Below, one piece after another: positions 24,210-37,849 of a DNA stretch of 64,000 bases. The stretch is from NCBI GenBank assembly GCA_030704615.1, contig CM060733.1, positions 63,612,001-63,676,000 on the forward strand. Reading direction: 5' to 3'. The notes below the pieces were generated by a model. The model was given only the letters and a program-made list of their open reading frames with translations. It was not told the origin of the DNA and did no database searches. The stretch is from Takakia lepidozioides. Taxonomy: Eukaryota; Plantae; Bryophyta. Made by a program: the position numbers and the translations under genes. The stretch's first letter is position 1; each line of letters opens with the position of its first letter.

Positions 24210-25680
24210 TGGATGAATTTCAGCGCCGAAATTCATCCTATTCAAGTGCTTTCATGCACAAACTTATGAATTTCGGCGCCGCAATTCATCGCTTCCCCAG
24301 TCCTCATCCATCATGAGCAAACCTGTCAGTCGGATATCGGAGCCGGAATTAATTCCGGGACAGTGGAGACGGCTGCACCTGGGCACATTTCATCCATATT
24401 TCGGCGCCGAAATTCATTACGAATATCTCCGTCCGCGCGTAGACAAGGTGAAATCATCCATATTTCGGAGCCAAAATTCATCCAGCGCGAAGACTAAATC
24501 GGCACCATGCTACGCTTTGCCGCCATCATTGCCCCTCACGGATGCTGTCCATGCCTGTTGGACTTGCCATGTCTGGACATTTAACTATAATTTCGGCGCC
24601 GAAATTATACTTTATGTGTGGCAACGTCCTGTGCGAAAAAAGACCACTTAATGGATACTGTCAGTTTCAAATGAAAACAACGGCTAAAATGCAATTAATT
24701 TTCCCCCAACATAAAGAAATATCCCCTTTCGACATTGGATAACGGCCTTTTGTAAGACAGAAGGGGTTGAATGTGCCGATTTCTCCATTAAATGCAGAAT
24801 ATTCGTGTTATATTCGTCGGAGTGGATTATGTCCAACGAATTTCGGAACATTGCATCATCCAGAAGCAAGAAGTAAGTGTCAAGTTCGAACGAATTTCGG
24901 CGCCGAAATTCATCCGTCGCATAGAAAATGTAATATTACAGTTACTCATTGCGGACAATAAGAATGAATTTCGGCGCCGAAATTCATCCATTTCAAAGAG
25001 AAATAAATATTGGAGGGAGGGCATTGGATGAATTTCGGCGCCAAAATCCAGCGCTCAAACCCTTAAAAGAATTTGGAGGGATGACTTCGGATGAATTTCG
25101 GCGCCGAAATTCATTGCTCGCGAAGAAAAAAGAAAATTAGAAGGGAGGACTTGGATGAATTTCGGCGCCGAAATCCATCGCTCGCGAAGAAAAAAGAAAA
25201 TTAGAAGGGAGGACTTGGATGAATTTCGGCGCCGAAATCCATCCGCAGGACAGCAGAATTAGAGGAAAAGGAGAAGAAGAATGAATTTCGGCTTCGAAAT
25301 TCATCCATTCTGCCTATTCAGGATTAGTGTCATTCGGATGTGGGCACCGAAATCCGGACACGTGGTGAATCACGACTGTAATCACGAACACATTCATCCG
25401 TATTTCGGCATCCAAATTCAACCCTTACGTGCAGAAACAATTTCATGAAGAAGATGTTCATCCGAATTTCGGCACCGAAATCCATCCGTTGGGTGCTTGC
25501 TCAGTTTCATGAGGTGAACAAATTACGATTTCTGTCGCCGGAATTCATCCTGTGGCTTCCAAATCTGGTACATGACAGAGATGTTCATCCAGATTTCATT
25601 GCCGAAATTCATGGGAAGGCCTTATTTATTGTAGCCCAAGTGGTGGTACATCACAATTCAGGCACCAAATATCTGATGTG
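24210..25680. repeat. Family-Y palindrome array (GAATTTCGGCGCCGAAATTC, ~63-64-bp period)
   Basis: About 20 copies, e.g. starts at 24892, 24966, 25030, 25093, 25157, 25221 and 25283; lies between the divergent MTase and transposase genes. Confidence 0.9.
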
Positions 25681-28600
25681 AACTTGTTGTTGTCGTCTAT
25701 TTTTGTAACGTACGTTACACACATTCATCCATACGTGCACTGATCACCCATCCTGTTGGATACAAAATCCTCCAGAAAATCATTGTGGTATTAGGTAGGA
25801 CACACTCTTCTCATTGCAGGACTTCGCTGCGGAGCATACCGAGAGGTCCCGTCTTCAACATGGACTCCCGTGTTTGGGTAAACGTGTACTTCCATCCTGA
25901 TTCTCTGAAAGCTAAAATACCCTGCGACCAAGGATTTGCGATTGTCACTGAGCAGTACTTGTGTGTGAAGTTTGGGCTCCGCCCTGGAACGGTGTTTTTG
26001 GAAGAGGAGACGAAGGATGCTTATGGAATTTTTTGGAAAGTGTCGTCATTCTGCATGCAGATTTCGGAAAAGGCAAAAGTGGCGGCTCCCAGCTTCTGAA
26101 TCCATCCGGTACAGTGCAATTGGTGAAATCGTGCCTAAAGAGTTCCCACGCTGGAACTTGGTTGATCCTCCTTCCACAAGAGGGTCTGGCGTGCAAGATG
26201 TGAAGTCTGCCATGAAGGATGTGGGCACCTCTTCACAAGCAGAGAAGCCCAAACATGTGAAAAGGGAAATCCAGGAAAACAGGAAAACAGTCATCCACGA
26301 CTTATCCAGTGACGATGAAGACTGTATGGTCCTCCATCGTATGTTTCGAAGTCGTCCGTCACTAGGAGTGTTCAGAAGTCGGCAAACAATGAGCACACAC
26401 CCTCCGACTCAACTTCCGTCCACTCAGTAATCGACATATTGCGGAGGATGAAGACAACGGGTTCCCGCTCCAGTGACCTTCTTAGGCTTGATTACGACAA
26501 AACTCCAATCCATTCTGTGAAAACTTTGCCTGATGTTGTGGATGGGAATGTTATCTACGAGTTCCCTCCAGTGCCGGCAGGCGCAGGTCCAGACTGCATG
26601 CTGGTAGGAATGAACAGGAACATGACGGCCACCCTTGGTGTGTCACCAAAACGTCATCGTCCAACCTGGGTGATGGAGTTCGAGTGAGATATGTATTGTG
26701 TGTTGGGCATCTTAAATGTTTCTCGAGCACATGTTACCATTACACAAGCAAAGGCACCCGGAATGAGACTGACTGGATTGGCAATTTGTCGACCCCATTT
26801 TGGCCTCAAGGTAGAGTTCCTGCAGGGACGTTCAAGTGTGCCCATTGCAACGCAGCCCCTACGTGCATGGCAGTGTGCAACGCCAAGCAGTACTACGTCG
26901 GGACCGTCGGCCCAGCGTGCACCAGAGCATGCATTCACATCAGAAAGCATGACCACCCCGTCGGTAGAGGCAATAACAGAGTCGCTTTTCAAAAGCCCAC
27001 GATTTTATCAAGGAGGAGGTGAGGTTCAGGCCAGGAGCAAAACCAAAGCAGATATAGCTCGCATCCGCACATAGAATTGCAATTGGCAGAATAATGTCGG
27101 AGGACGGAAGCACAAGAGAGAAGTTGGGCGAGGGGGACATGAAGGAGCTGCTAGAAGCTGTCTCCCATGTGTGCAGCCCCAATGTCAGGAACCACATTGT
27201 CGGCTGCAAGAAACGAATCGGAAGAGGATCAGACATGCACTCCATCTTGGAAGTGAAGTGCACATGCGGCTACGACTTCATCCAAGGCAGCTTCTTTCCT
27301 GGTCAAGGGTCAGAGATGGACAGGTGCTTCATATTTAAGATATCAACGTGCGGACCGGGGAGCGGCGTCGATTTGGTGAAGCGGATGACCAGTGGAGACC
27401 TCTCAAATTGCTGGGTCATGTTCGACCACATCCGGCGAATTACCAACCACGATTGGGTGACAATGGGGGCACATGTATACGACCCACATTGCAGAAAGTT
27501 GATGACCATTGCTATCTGCAAAATGAAAGGAGAAGACATAGATTCAGAGTTGCATATGTGGCGCGGAATTAATGAGCAAATGGCCAGAGCAAAGTTGCCC
27601 CCTCCCGATTTTAGGGGCTTCATGGCTGACAATGCCCATGCGAACTGGGCTGCAGTTAGGAGGGTATATGGGGACGACCCAAAGACTCCTATGGTGGGTG
27701 TCTTCAGGGGCAGTGGATGTGAAAGATCAGCCAGAACTGCAAACGTGGCTTGCGTGGTGGCACTATAAATTCCGCCAGTTTGGAGACTACATGAGACAGG
27801 TAACACATTTCTGTACTTGACAATTGTTCTGTTTTGTGCTTGGACATTCTCCACAATGAGTGACATTTCTAATTTCCTTCAACAGGACTTGAGCTTGGAG
27901 GATGACACGGATATGCCAACGACGAACATGGCCGAATCGGTGCACTCTTCCTGGCGTGCTTCCTCTGCGGCACATCTCGTTGACATGTTGACAGCAACAA
28001 TAGAAGATATTGTGAGGGCCATCATGCAACAATCTCATTACTACCAGTTTCTGGGAGGAAAGCAATGGGGTATCGGACCAGACAGGCAGGAGATGCTGAT
28101 GAGGGTGGCGCATCGTTCGACCGATCCCAAAAAATGGACTGTTGCATTGCGGGAAACAATAAGGTCAACGCCGTTACACAGTCAGGGGAACTGCCTGGAG
28201 GGCGATGTCCGCAGCCGGCCGGTGAAGAGAAGAATTGAGGACATGCCCGGAGGCGACGGGGATTCATGGAGATCAGATATGAACATCCGCACTCAACCTC
28301 GGGGCACAACGATGTTGCGTCCCACGCCTCCTCCCAGCAGGACTCGTACCCCCTCTCCTGCAGCATCCATGGAATCGCTGCCAGACTCGGGACACCATGC
28401 CGAGGATGAGCATGTTGCTCCTATTTTTGTTACCCAATACAACATTCCAATCATGGAGCAAGATGTGTCAGCCTCGCAGTGGAGAATTGCACGGACCCGT
28501 CCAACATTTCGTGGCAAATGTTGTGTTGTTCGTGTCGACACCAACCAAAGATGCAATGAGATGATTTGGAGGAGCCCGCAGGGCGGTGTGCCTGCCCCTT

Positions 28601-29639
28601 GCTTCACAGGGAGATTTGTGTGCGCAAAGTTTGTGGAGGCCACACTGAAGGAGTTTTGGTTCTGTAGGCACGACATCATGTCATGTGTGTTCGGCAAGCC
28701 CAAGTATGGTGTACAAGGCATGCCTGAACCACCAGCAGTCTGGCCTGTGGCAACTGGTACAGATCTTACCCTGGAGGAGGCAGACGCTCTAGGAAGTGCA
28801 GGGTTTTGACTGGTGGAGAGGACAGACGTTCCACGAAATCCAATTCCCAGTCGTCATCCTCCTCCCACGAGAAGCTCTTCGCCCCGCATACCGGTGGGTG
28901 ACCCCGCAGCTTGGCCCACCCATCGGTGGGGGAAACTGAAAAGACGGCGGCCACCAACAAAGGAGAACGATACTAGGATGGCCAACGCTCTTGCAATGCC
29001 CTGTATAGTGCAAGGTTGCAGGGATGTTCCTCACCCCGGGATGGGGCGCATACACTACAACAAATTGCGGCTTTTACGTCTCTGTGTTATGACTGCAAAT
29101 GCAGTCATGGAAGCCATTTACAACTTCCTGACTCTGCAGACGTAAAGACCTAGTCAGTTGTGACATGGCAGATATGACTCTCCAGGCTGGCTGTCACGTG
29201 GCGCCAGAGCAGCTGTGGGGGTAGTCATACACGCTGGCATTACTGAATGACTGAACGGGTCCATGTCAGCCGTTGTGTAATAGAGACACGTGCTCTCTAC
29301 AGAACACGCCACGTGTCAGACTGCGACGCCATCCAACTGTAGAGGAGGGAATCAGACGTCAGCATGTGTCGCATCGTGATTTTGACACGTGGTTCCTCAT
29401 GTCAATTGACACGCGTCGTTGTTGGGGGTTGTAGATTTACTTTATTGTTATTATAATTACTAAAATAATTATTATAATTATTTGTTATTATAATTATTAT
29501 TACTGACCAACATGGGACAGTGGCACATTATTAAATAACGAATTTTTGAAATTATATTCTTAGATAAAATATTTATTCGCTCAGATACCAAAACACACCC
29601 TTGCGGGGAAGGAGAGTTTGCCTTAGTGCCTGTGCTGAA

Positions 29640-30660
29640 TTGCATCTACTACTGTTACCTGTTTATGGATACTTTTTTATTGTCACTTTGGCAGTATCAT
29701 ATCAAAGTCACTCCAAACTATCTACCATCTACCCATGACCATCTACCCATGCAGGTTTCTTGTAGCTATCCTTCCACAGGAAATCATAGGTAATCTGGAG
29801 CTTGAAATCCGGCTTTCTTGGATGATCTGGACCCACACTCTATCCCTGCTCCTTCAGCTATCCATGCCTCTGCATAGATCATGCATATATCCTTGCATTG
29901 TTGTTAGCAGCTGACAATGACAGCCTACATTTGTTCCAGCAAACACCCAACTCAACTTACCACACTAGTTCCTATTCTCAATTGCATCTGTTACTCTCTG
30001 TAATCCAACAGGCATTTACCTTTTTGCCTCGGTTGTCCCACCATTGACTGGGGTCAGAAAAGTATTCATTCCACAGCTTCCCCTCATCTCCGTTAACTGT
30101 TTTTCTGTTGTCACATTGGCAATATCATGTCAAAGTCACTCCAAACTAGATTCACTCAACCAGCTAACTTGCAGACATTGAAATTTAGGGCCGGTTCTGA
30201 TAAGAGGGAAAAACAGGGTGAAATGTGTTGAAGAAGGTGCCTTTATTAGCAGTGCTTGATTTTATCAATTGTGCCGCTACTCCTGCGGCTTCCAGTTCAC
30301 CATCTACCCATGCAGGTTTCTTATAGCTAAATCCACAGGTAATCATAGGTAATCATGTGCTTGAAATCTGGCCCTCTTGGATGAATCTGGACCCATACTC
30401 TATCCCTGCTCTTTCAGCTATCACTGCTTCTGCACAAATCATGCATACTTCCTTGCCTTGCAGCTGATAATGACAGCCTACATTTGTTCTAGGAAACACC
30501 CAACTCAGCTTATCACACTAGTTCCTATGCTGAATTGCGTCTGCCCTCTATAATCTAACAGGCATTAACCTTTTTCCCTCAGTTGTCCCACCATTCCACA
30601 ACTTCTCCTCGTCTCTGTGACCTGTTTCTGGATACTTTCCTGTTGTCACATTGGCATCAT
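29640..30660 (-). repeat. Tandem ~560-bp units encoding OSB-type PDF motif exons
   Basis: Minus strand EKLWNEYFSDPSQWWDNRGKK, a GT intron, then PDFKLQITYD..WKDSYKKPAWV; matches the OSB PDF consensus W..FF..P..WWDNR..K....PDFK....LW. Confidence 0.65.
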
Positions 30661-30669
30661 GTCAAAGTT

Positions 30670-31670
30670 CAGATCGATATCTAGTACAATTCCACCACGA
30701 ACCTCTTTGCTATTTTGCAGGGCTGCCAGGCTTGCACACATGTTGCAAATGTAACAAACGCGATGTGGTTGCGCTGCAGTATCCCTTCCCACACCACTTG
30801 CTCATAGACCTCTCCAAAGGGCCTCCATCCCGTGCCGCTGTTGTGCATATCCTGGGATCATCATCCTCCATGCACCCCAATTTGGCATACAAGTCCACAA
30901 GGGCATAGTTCAGAACAACATTTGTTTAATTCCAGCTTGGACGATCAACATCACAAACCCCGTCTTCACTCATTGCCTACTCTAGGTAAGTGCAATTATG
31001 GGCTAGGCTGGTACCATATCTCATTCAGCCATATTATCAAAACAACCATGTATCCTTGTAGTTGCACCCTGCAACCTTGGCATACATGTCCACTACGGCA
31101 ACATTCAGAATCACATCAAATACAATATCAGCTTTGACAATATCACCGTGGACCTCTGTACCCTTTTTCAGGGCTGCCAGGCGTGCATTTGACATACATA
31201 TCCACCAAGGCAGTGTTTAGAGTGACATCTAGTGGTACAATTCCAGATTTGATAATGGACCTTTGCGTCCTTTCCAGGGCTACCAGGCTCGCATTTGACA
31301 TACATGTACACCAGGGGAATGTTCAGAATGACATCAGGTACAATTCCAGCTTTGATGATGTCACCATGAACCTCTTGGCCCCTTCCTAGGGCTGTTAGGC
31401 TCGCATATGCATATTAACAAACACAAATGAACATGACCTGGTTTGGCTTCATCCTTTCCCACATCATTTGTTCTTAGGTTTCCAAAGCCTTACTCCCACA
31501 CCTATGCTACACACACCTTACAATCATGGCAGTCCACAACACCACATCTCATTTAGCCATGTTGTCGAACTCTCCCTTTGCATCAGGCTTGCTGCACCCA
31601 CATTTGGCATACATGTCCACTAGGGCAGTGGTCAGAATGACAACTAGTACAGTTTCAGCTTTGACGATGG
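30670..31670 (-). pseudogene. Degenerate PLS-PPR fragments inside CACTA
   Basis: Pieces such as LVDLYAKLGC, TALVDMYAKCG and DVVLWTAMI..CV.H; heavily disrupted. Confidence 0.7.
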
Positions 31671-31724
31671 CACATGGCCAAGAGATATCCCAATATCCCG
31701 CTACCAATGGGTTCAATGCATACT

Positions 31725-33040
31725 CTTGTCACATTGGCAGTATCATGTCAAAGTCACTCCAACTATATTCACTCAACCAGCTAACTTGCAGAATTGAACA
31801 TGAAAATTTCGGGCCGATTCTGATAAGAGGGGAAAATAGGGTGAAATGTGTTTCAGAAGGTGCCTTCATTAGCAGTGCTTGATTGTATCAATTGTGCTGC
31901 TGCTGCTGCGGCTTCCAATTGACCATCTACCCATGCAGGTTTCTTGTATCTATCCTTCCACAGGGAATCATAGATAATCTGGAGCTTGAAATTTGGCCCT
32001 CTTCCACACTCTATCCCTGCTCCTTCAGCTATCTATGCCTCTGCACAAAATCATGCATACAACAATCATTCCAGCAAACACCCCCTACTTATCAATGAGC
32101 AACAAGCTAACTTACATAATTCAATATGCATCTCAAGGCCGAGTCTGATGAGAGGGCAAAACAGGCTGAAATAGGTCGAAGAAGAACCCATAGAGGATTT
32201 GACCGACCATCAACCCAAAAGGACCTCTTGTGTGTGCTGCTTGTGTCTTGTAGTCAGGTAATGTCGGATTGGTCTGTGAGAACCAGCACGGTGCAGATGA
32301 GCAGGCAGAGATTGAAACACGGCCTGCTAAGACCAAGCTGACTCTCCCAAAAACCTTGAAACATCAGGAAGAATACCAAATCATGGTACTAACAGGAGCC
32401 AACAGCCCACATTTGCAGGATGGACAAACTTCTTCACATCGTACATTAAGGAAAAGCCACACCTTGCCATTGCGGTTGTCGCACCATCGTGAAGGATCTT
32501 TAAAAATCTCATGCCAACTCTGCTCCGTGCTGCAAATGAAGGGCCGAGTCTGATGAGAGGGCAAAACAGGCTGAAATAGGTCGAAGAAGAAGGTGCCCTC
32601 ACCACATTGTCCTCGACCTTGTGTCATGGCCCATGGAGGATTTGACTGACCATGAACCCAAGAGGACCTCTTCAGTGTGCTGCTTGTTTCTGTAGTCAGG
32701 TAATGTCGGATTGGTCAGTGAGAACCACCACGGTGCAACTGAGTGGGCAGAGATTGAAACACGGCCTGCTAAGACCAAGCTAACTCTCCCAAGAACCTTG
32801 TAAACATCAGGAAGAATACCAAATCATGGTACTAACAGGAGCCAACAACCCACATTTGCAGGATGGACAAACTTCTTCACATCGTACATTAAGAAAAAGC
32901 CACACCTTGCGATTGCGGTTGTCCCACCATCGTGAAGGATCTTTTAGAAACTCATGCCAGCTCTGCTCCGTGCTGTAAAATCAGGGCCAAGCGGGTAGAG
33001 ATTGAAACACGGCCTGCTAAGACGAAGCTGACTCTCCCAA
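31725..33040 (-). repeat. Further PDF-motif repeat units inside CACTA
   Basis: Copy of the 29640-30660 unit followed by two ~420-bp tandem units encoding WHEIFKDPSRW(C/W)DNRN.K. Confidence 0.6.
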
Positions 33041-34911
33041 GAACGGCGGGCTCCCAGCCGAAACCTCCTCGCACACATACCGTAGCGTTTCTAGGGTTGC
33101 TTGCTCCAAATGCGAAGGTTGATCCAACTGCGGGCCTCCCATGCATGTTTGCCCTCTCTCCCGCTCGCTTGCTCTAAGTCCCAACCCTCTCTCTCTCTCC
33201 CTCCCGCTCGCTCTAAGTCTGTTCACGCTACCGTGATGGGCAACTTTTTAAGTTTTTTAACCTTTTTGTAAACCCTAAAAGCCCCTCTTTGATTTTTTTT
33301 TTCTTTTTTTTCTTTTCTTAAAGGAAACCACAGGTCCTTGAGGAGGGGGGAAAATTCACCCGCCTTCATTTATGGGCCATAAGACGTACAGGACGATCAA
33401 CGCCCAGACATACTGTCACGAACAATCCCACACACGGGATAAGGCAGCGGGTTTGAACCCCAAACCACCAGGGCGACACACTGTGCACTTACCAGCCGAT
33501 GTGTTTTTTTTTTTTTTTTTAATTGCATTTTGTTTAAAAAAAAAATTGATTCTAGTGGTCAGAGTCTCCGTTTTTTCAAAATATAAATACTCATATATTA
33601 TATATATAACCAGAAAAGCATGTGTTGACATGTGCAGTCATGTAGTGATTCATCCATGTGATGATCTGGCAGAATGCATTAGAGTGAGAGTCATGAAGTC
33701 ATATGTCTTTCTAGCAATATACACACGTCATTCTAGTGTAGCCATGACCGTGACTGGTAGTCATATCTGCCATGCCAATATTCGTGGTCAAACATGTTTG
33801 ACCTGTGTTCCGCAGAGTCCGGAGCCATGCAGTCGCATATACGCCTTCCCCAGACCTGCATTATGACTTCAAAAGCATTTTACGACTGCAAATGGCATTT
33901 CTGCCACAAATCTGTCATGACTGCGCATCCATGGGAGTCGTAAAAGCCGCAATCTGTTGTAGTGATATTTCAGTTGTCAACAGTCGGGTCTGCTGCGCGC
34001 AGTGTCGTGTATGCAATCACGGTTTCTCAGTACCCAGCTTGCAACTGTGAGGACTTCCTTGTTATGGAATCGAAGAATGCAGCATACGTCCCCTGCAAAC
34101 ACTTTTATTACATTTTTCTAAAGCGCATAAGTTGCATATCCGTAGTGGACGTCTTCATCCATGCTCCAACACTGAGTTTCAACGAGCTGCACAAGGCCCT
34201 ACGGCAGGATACAGATCGGATTGCTTGACATTCCACATTCGGGAAGGAGAAAGTGGCAATTATATTACATTCATCTTCTTGCACCCTATTTTTTTGTGAG
34301 GAATTATACACTTGGTGGTGCCGCACCGCCATGGCTCCAGGTGCATTTCGGTGCCGTAATACATGAGAATATGGTTTTTGGCCGTGAATGGCATGCGCAT
34401 GTTTTTTTTATTTTGGTTGTCTATAAATGGATCCGAGTAAAGCATACATTGTGTGGAGATACACGGGCATTGAGGCCTATTTCAGCGCCGTTATTGGTCT
34501 ATATACTGCATAGTGCTTCCTTGTTACTGCTCTTCATTCAATTTGTGGTGATTTCGCAGCCCATCCTGGCGTTTTCGTCCACCTTTATGAGAAGACCCCA
34601 ATTTGCTACCAATACATTGTCAGTGTTCTGCATATGTGATGCCTTTACAAGATTGCTAGTTTTGTGTCCCAGTGGGAAGGGTCCTACTGCACATTCCAGC
34701 ATTTGCATACTGTACCTTATGCAAACAGCAATCCATACGACAAAGGACACGTCCCAGCATACTGGCAGTGAATTGCAAAAAACCTTAACAGAAGATTATC
34801 CAAGCATGTATATTCCCCATATGGCACAGGGAAGCTACTTGATTTCTGAATCAAAATGTATGTGCCATGAGTGTCGGCGAGTCGAAACATGTCTACTCTA
34901 GCATGCAAGAC

Positions 34912-35463
34912 CTATGGTCCCCTCGCCCAAGAAGAAGGAACTCGAACTGGCCTCTCAAGGACCTCCTGAGTGACCGGGTGCCGATATTTGAACAAAATGT
35001 CAGCGGTTTCTGTCGCCCGGTTGAAACTAACGAGGATGTTGTGTTTATCGATAGCGCCCCCTTGGTAGAAGGACATTTTCACAGTGGACCCTGTGTTCCC
35101 CTCCTCCTCATCCTCATAACTGAAGATAATGTCCCCACTTTCCGAGCCAGTCCGTCCACGCGTGAAGTTTTCACCTATGCACTCATCATACGTCCACTCG
35201 CAACAATTCCAGCGATACAGCAACGCTGTGCGTGATCTGTTTGGCTCCCACTCAAGCGGAAAGTCCAGGTCCATGATGCGTAGGAACCACCTACTCCCCA
35301 GCCGGGGTCCAGGAGAATCGTGCAATCCTGGAAGAAACTCCATTGCTCTTAGTTGGACAAGACGAGGATCGTACCTGTAAACATCTAGGAAGACAATGAT
35401 GTCGTCTGCTTTCGGGACAATGACTCCCGTCTGGCGTCGATAGATGTGATTTGGGCACGACAT
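34912..35463 (-). CDS. Accessory ORF of element Y (unknown RWNCC family, ~183 aa)
   Basis: Open intronless frame homologous to 39512-40075 and 40625-41203. Confidence 0.7.
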   Translation of the reverse strand: MSCPNHIYRRQTGVIVPKADDIIVFLDVYRYDPRLVQLRAMEFLPGLHDSPGPRLGSRWFLRIMDLDFPLEWEPNRSRTALLYRWNCCEWTYDECIGENFTRGRTGSESGDIIFSYEDEEEGNTGSTVKMSFYQGGAIDKHNILVSFNRATETADILFKYRHPVTQEVLERPVRVPSSWARGP

Positions 35464-35699
35464 GGCCTCACGACACAGCAAGAACTCATAGCAGGGAGGA
35501 GATGGGCACAACAGAGAAAAGTGAAGAGAAAAATGAGAGCGAGGCCGGCGGAAGAGGGATATATCATTGCTGCACTGCCAATGTCGTATGCGGCAGAACT
35601 TCTATTTCCTCCGACATGTGTGCTTTGATTAGACAAATCCGCACCAGTTTCAGGAGAGTTTGCAAAACTCCCTCACCGTAAGGCGGGTATTTGTTCTCC

Positions 35700-36180
35700 G
35701 GAGCCCAATTTCGGCGCCGTTATTGGATGGACTGCGGAAGCTTCAGCCGAGAATTTTGTTTCCGGAGCCCAATTTTGGCGCCGTTATTGGTTGCACTCCC
35801 CAGCCTTCAGCCGGGTATTTGGTTTCCGGACCCCAATTTTGGCGCCGTTATCGGCTGCACTCCGGTGGCTTCAGCCGAGTATTTGGTTTCCGGGGCCAAT
35901 TTCGGCGCCGTTATTGGTTGCACTCCGGAGGCTTCAGCCGGGTATTTCTTTTCCTGTGCCCAATTTCGGGACCGTTATTCGCTTCACTCCCGAGCCTTCA
36001 GCCGGCTATTTCTTTTCCTGTGCCCAATTACGGCGCCATTATACCCAACCTTCCTGCACTTCTGCAACTGTACTATCCACGGTTATAGGTCGCCATTGCG
36101 TTTTCGGAGTCTGCAAACCCGGATCCTAATTCCGCTTACGTCTCTGCCTCTGTGATAATTTCGGTGCCGTTATTGCCCAT
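35700..36180. repeat. Subterminal Y array (CCAATTTCGGCGCCGTTATTGG, 63-64-bp period)
   Basis: Six regularly spaced tandem units plus an outlier near 36157. Confidence 0.85.
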
Positions 36181-36440
36181 AATTCAGTTTTTCTATGACC
36201 TGGCCTGGCGGTCCATGAGCCTGGGCTCCAAGTCATGAGCGGACACTGGTACTTATGAGCGGAGTGCTTCCAGCATGAGCGCGGAAATCTTCGAAAACCT
36301 TCTCTTGTTATACTACCTTCGATTATTTTATAGTTTTGGGCCCGAAAAAAATCTACCGAAATTCGAAGTGTGTTACTTTGCGGCTCATGGGTGAGCCATG
36401 CCCGCTCATGAGCTCATGAGCTCATGGAATAGCAACCCCC

Positions 36441-37590
36441 ATAAGTAGGGTTGGGTGTTTGTTGGAACAATTGTAGGCTGTCATTGTCAGCCGGTAGCAG
36501 TAAGGGAACGATGCATGATTTGTGTAGAGCTTGGATAGCTGAGGGAGCAGGGGTAGAGTCTGGCCAGTCCAGATTCATCCAAGAGGACGGGACTTCAAGC
36601 TCACGATTACCTATAATTCCATGTGGATCAAATAGCTGCAAGAAACCTGCATGGGTAGATGGTCAACTGGAAGCCGCAGCAACAACGGCACAATTGATAA
36701 AATCAAGCACTGCTAATGAAGGCACCTTCTTCAACACATTTTCACCCTGTTTTTCCCTCTTATCAGAATTGGCCCTAAATTTTCATGTTGAATTCTGCAA
36801 GTTAGTTGGTTGAGTGAACCTTTGATAGTTTGGAGTGACTTTGACATGGTATTGCCAATGTGACAACAGGGAAGTATCCAGAAACAGGTAACAACTGAGA
36901 CGAGGAGAAGTTGTGGAATGAATACTTTTCTGACCCCAATCCATGGTGGGACAATCGAGGCAAAAAGGTGAATGCCTGTTGGATTACAGAGAGTAGCAGA
37001 TGCAATTGACCATAGTGATAAGTTGAGTTGGGTGTTTCCTAGAACAAATCTAGGCTGTCATTGTCAGGTGCTAGCAGCAAGGCAAGGATGTATGCATAAT
37101 TTGTGTAGCGGCATGGATAGCTGAAGGAGCAGAGATAGAGTCTGGGTCCAGATTCATCCAAGAGGGCCGGACTTCAAGCTCCAGATTACCTATGATTCCA
37201 TGTGGATCAATAGCTACAAGAAACCTGCTGCATGGGTAGATGGTCAACTAAAAGTAGCAGCTGCAACGGCACAATTGATAAAATCAGGCACCTTAACCAT
37301 GACCACAGCTTCTAAAAGAAGATCAAGAGAGGTGGCTGAACGAGATGTGGTATTTTGGCGTGCCATGATTGCAAGGTATGTGCAGCATGGGTATGGGATT
37401 AAGGCTTTGGAAACCTAGGAGCAAATGATGTGGGAAGGGATGAAGCAAGACCAGGTCATGTTCATTTGTGTTTGTAATATGCATATGGGAGCCTAGCAGC
37501 CCTGGGAAGGGGCAAAGAGGTTCATGGTGACATTATCAAAGCTGGAATTGTACCAAATGTCATTCTGAACATTCCCCTGGTGTACATCTA
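36441..37590 (+). repeat. CACTA-family internal sequence (PDF units followed by PPR fragment)
   Basis: Reverse complement of the 29640-31600 cargo; ...KKPAAWVDGQL...ERDVVFWRAMIARYVQHGYG. Confidence 0.7.
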
Positions 37591-37849
37591 CATCAAATGT
37601 GAGCCTGGCAGCCCTGGCCAGAGAAGAACATGAAGAGGGCTTACAATTTTGTTCGCCCGGGCGTAGACATTGCTGGCAATGAGAAGAAGGCAGGAAAGCA
37701 GTTCAGTGTTCCTAGCATGCATGCGGAGACGCCGTGTAGAAGTTAGGCTCAGACTTTTATCATGGCTGGATTTTGTTGACAGTGTTCCAGCACTTACTCT
37801 CTGGGATTTTATTTTATTTTGTGGAGCTTGAATCCCCAATGGTACTTCT

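Larger units (their letters stand above)
29053..33964. mobile_element. Non-autonomous CACTA element with captured gene fragments (Pack-CACTA)
   Basis: TIRs CACTACAACAAATTGCGGCTTTTACG / CGTAAAAGCCGCAATCTGTTGTAGTG; 3-bp TSD ATA (29050-29052, 33965-33967); ATGACT/AGTCAT subterminal repeats; removing it rejoins GMGRI-FQLSTVGS. Confidence 0.95.
25860..34228 (+). pseudogene. Family-Y MULE transposase interrupted by CACTA
   Basis: Homologous to the X transposase with the same intron position (27800-27885); stops, frameshifts and loss of the CxxH region near 27700; SWIM-containing tail resumes at 33965. Confidence 0.85.
19626..36440. mobile_element. Mutator-like element Y, main body (other end at 45387-46134)
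   Basis: Terminus ...CATGGAATAGCAACCCCC at 36440; flank ATAAGTAGGG is the reverse complement of CCCTACTTAT at 46135-46144; carries Y-type palindromes, MTase-like gene, transposase and accessory ORFs. Confidence 0.85.
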
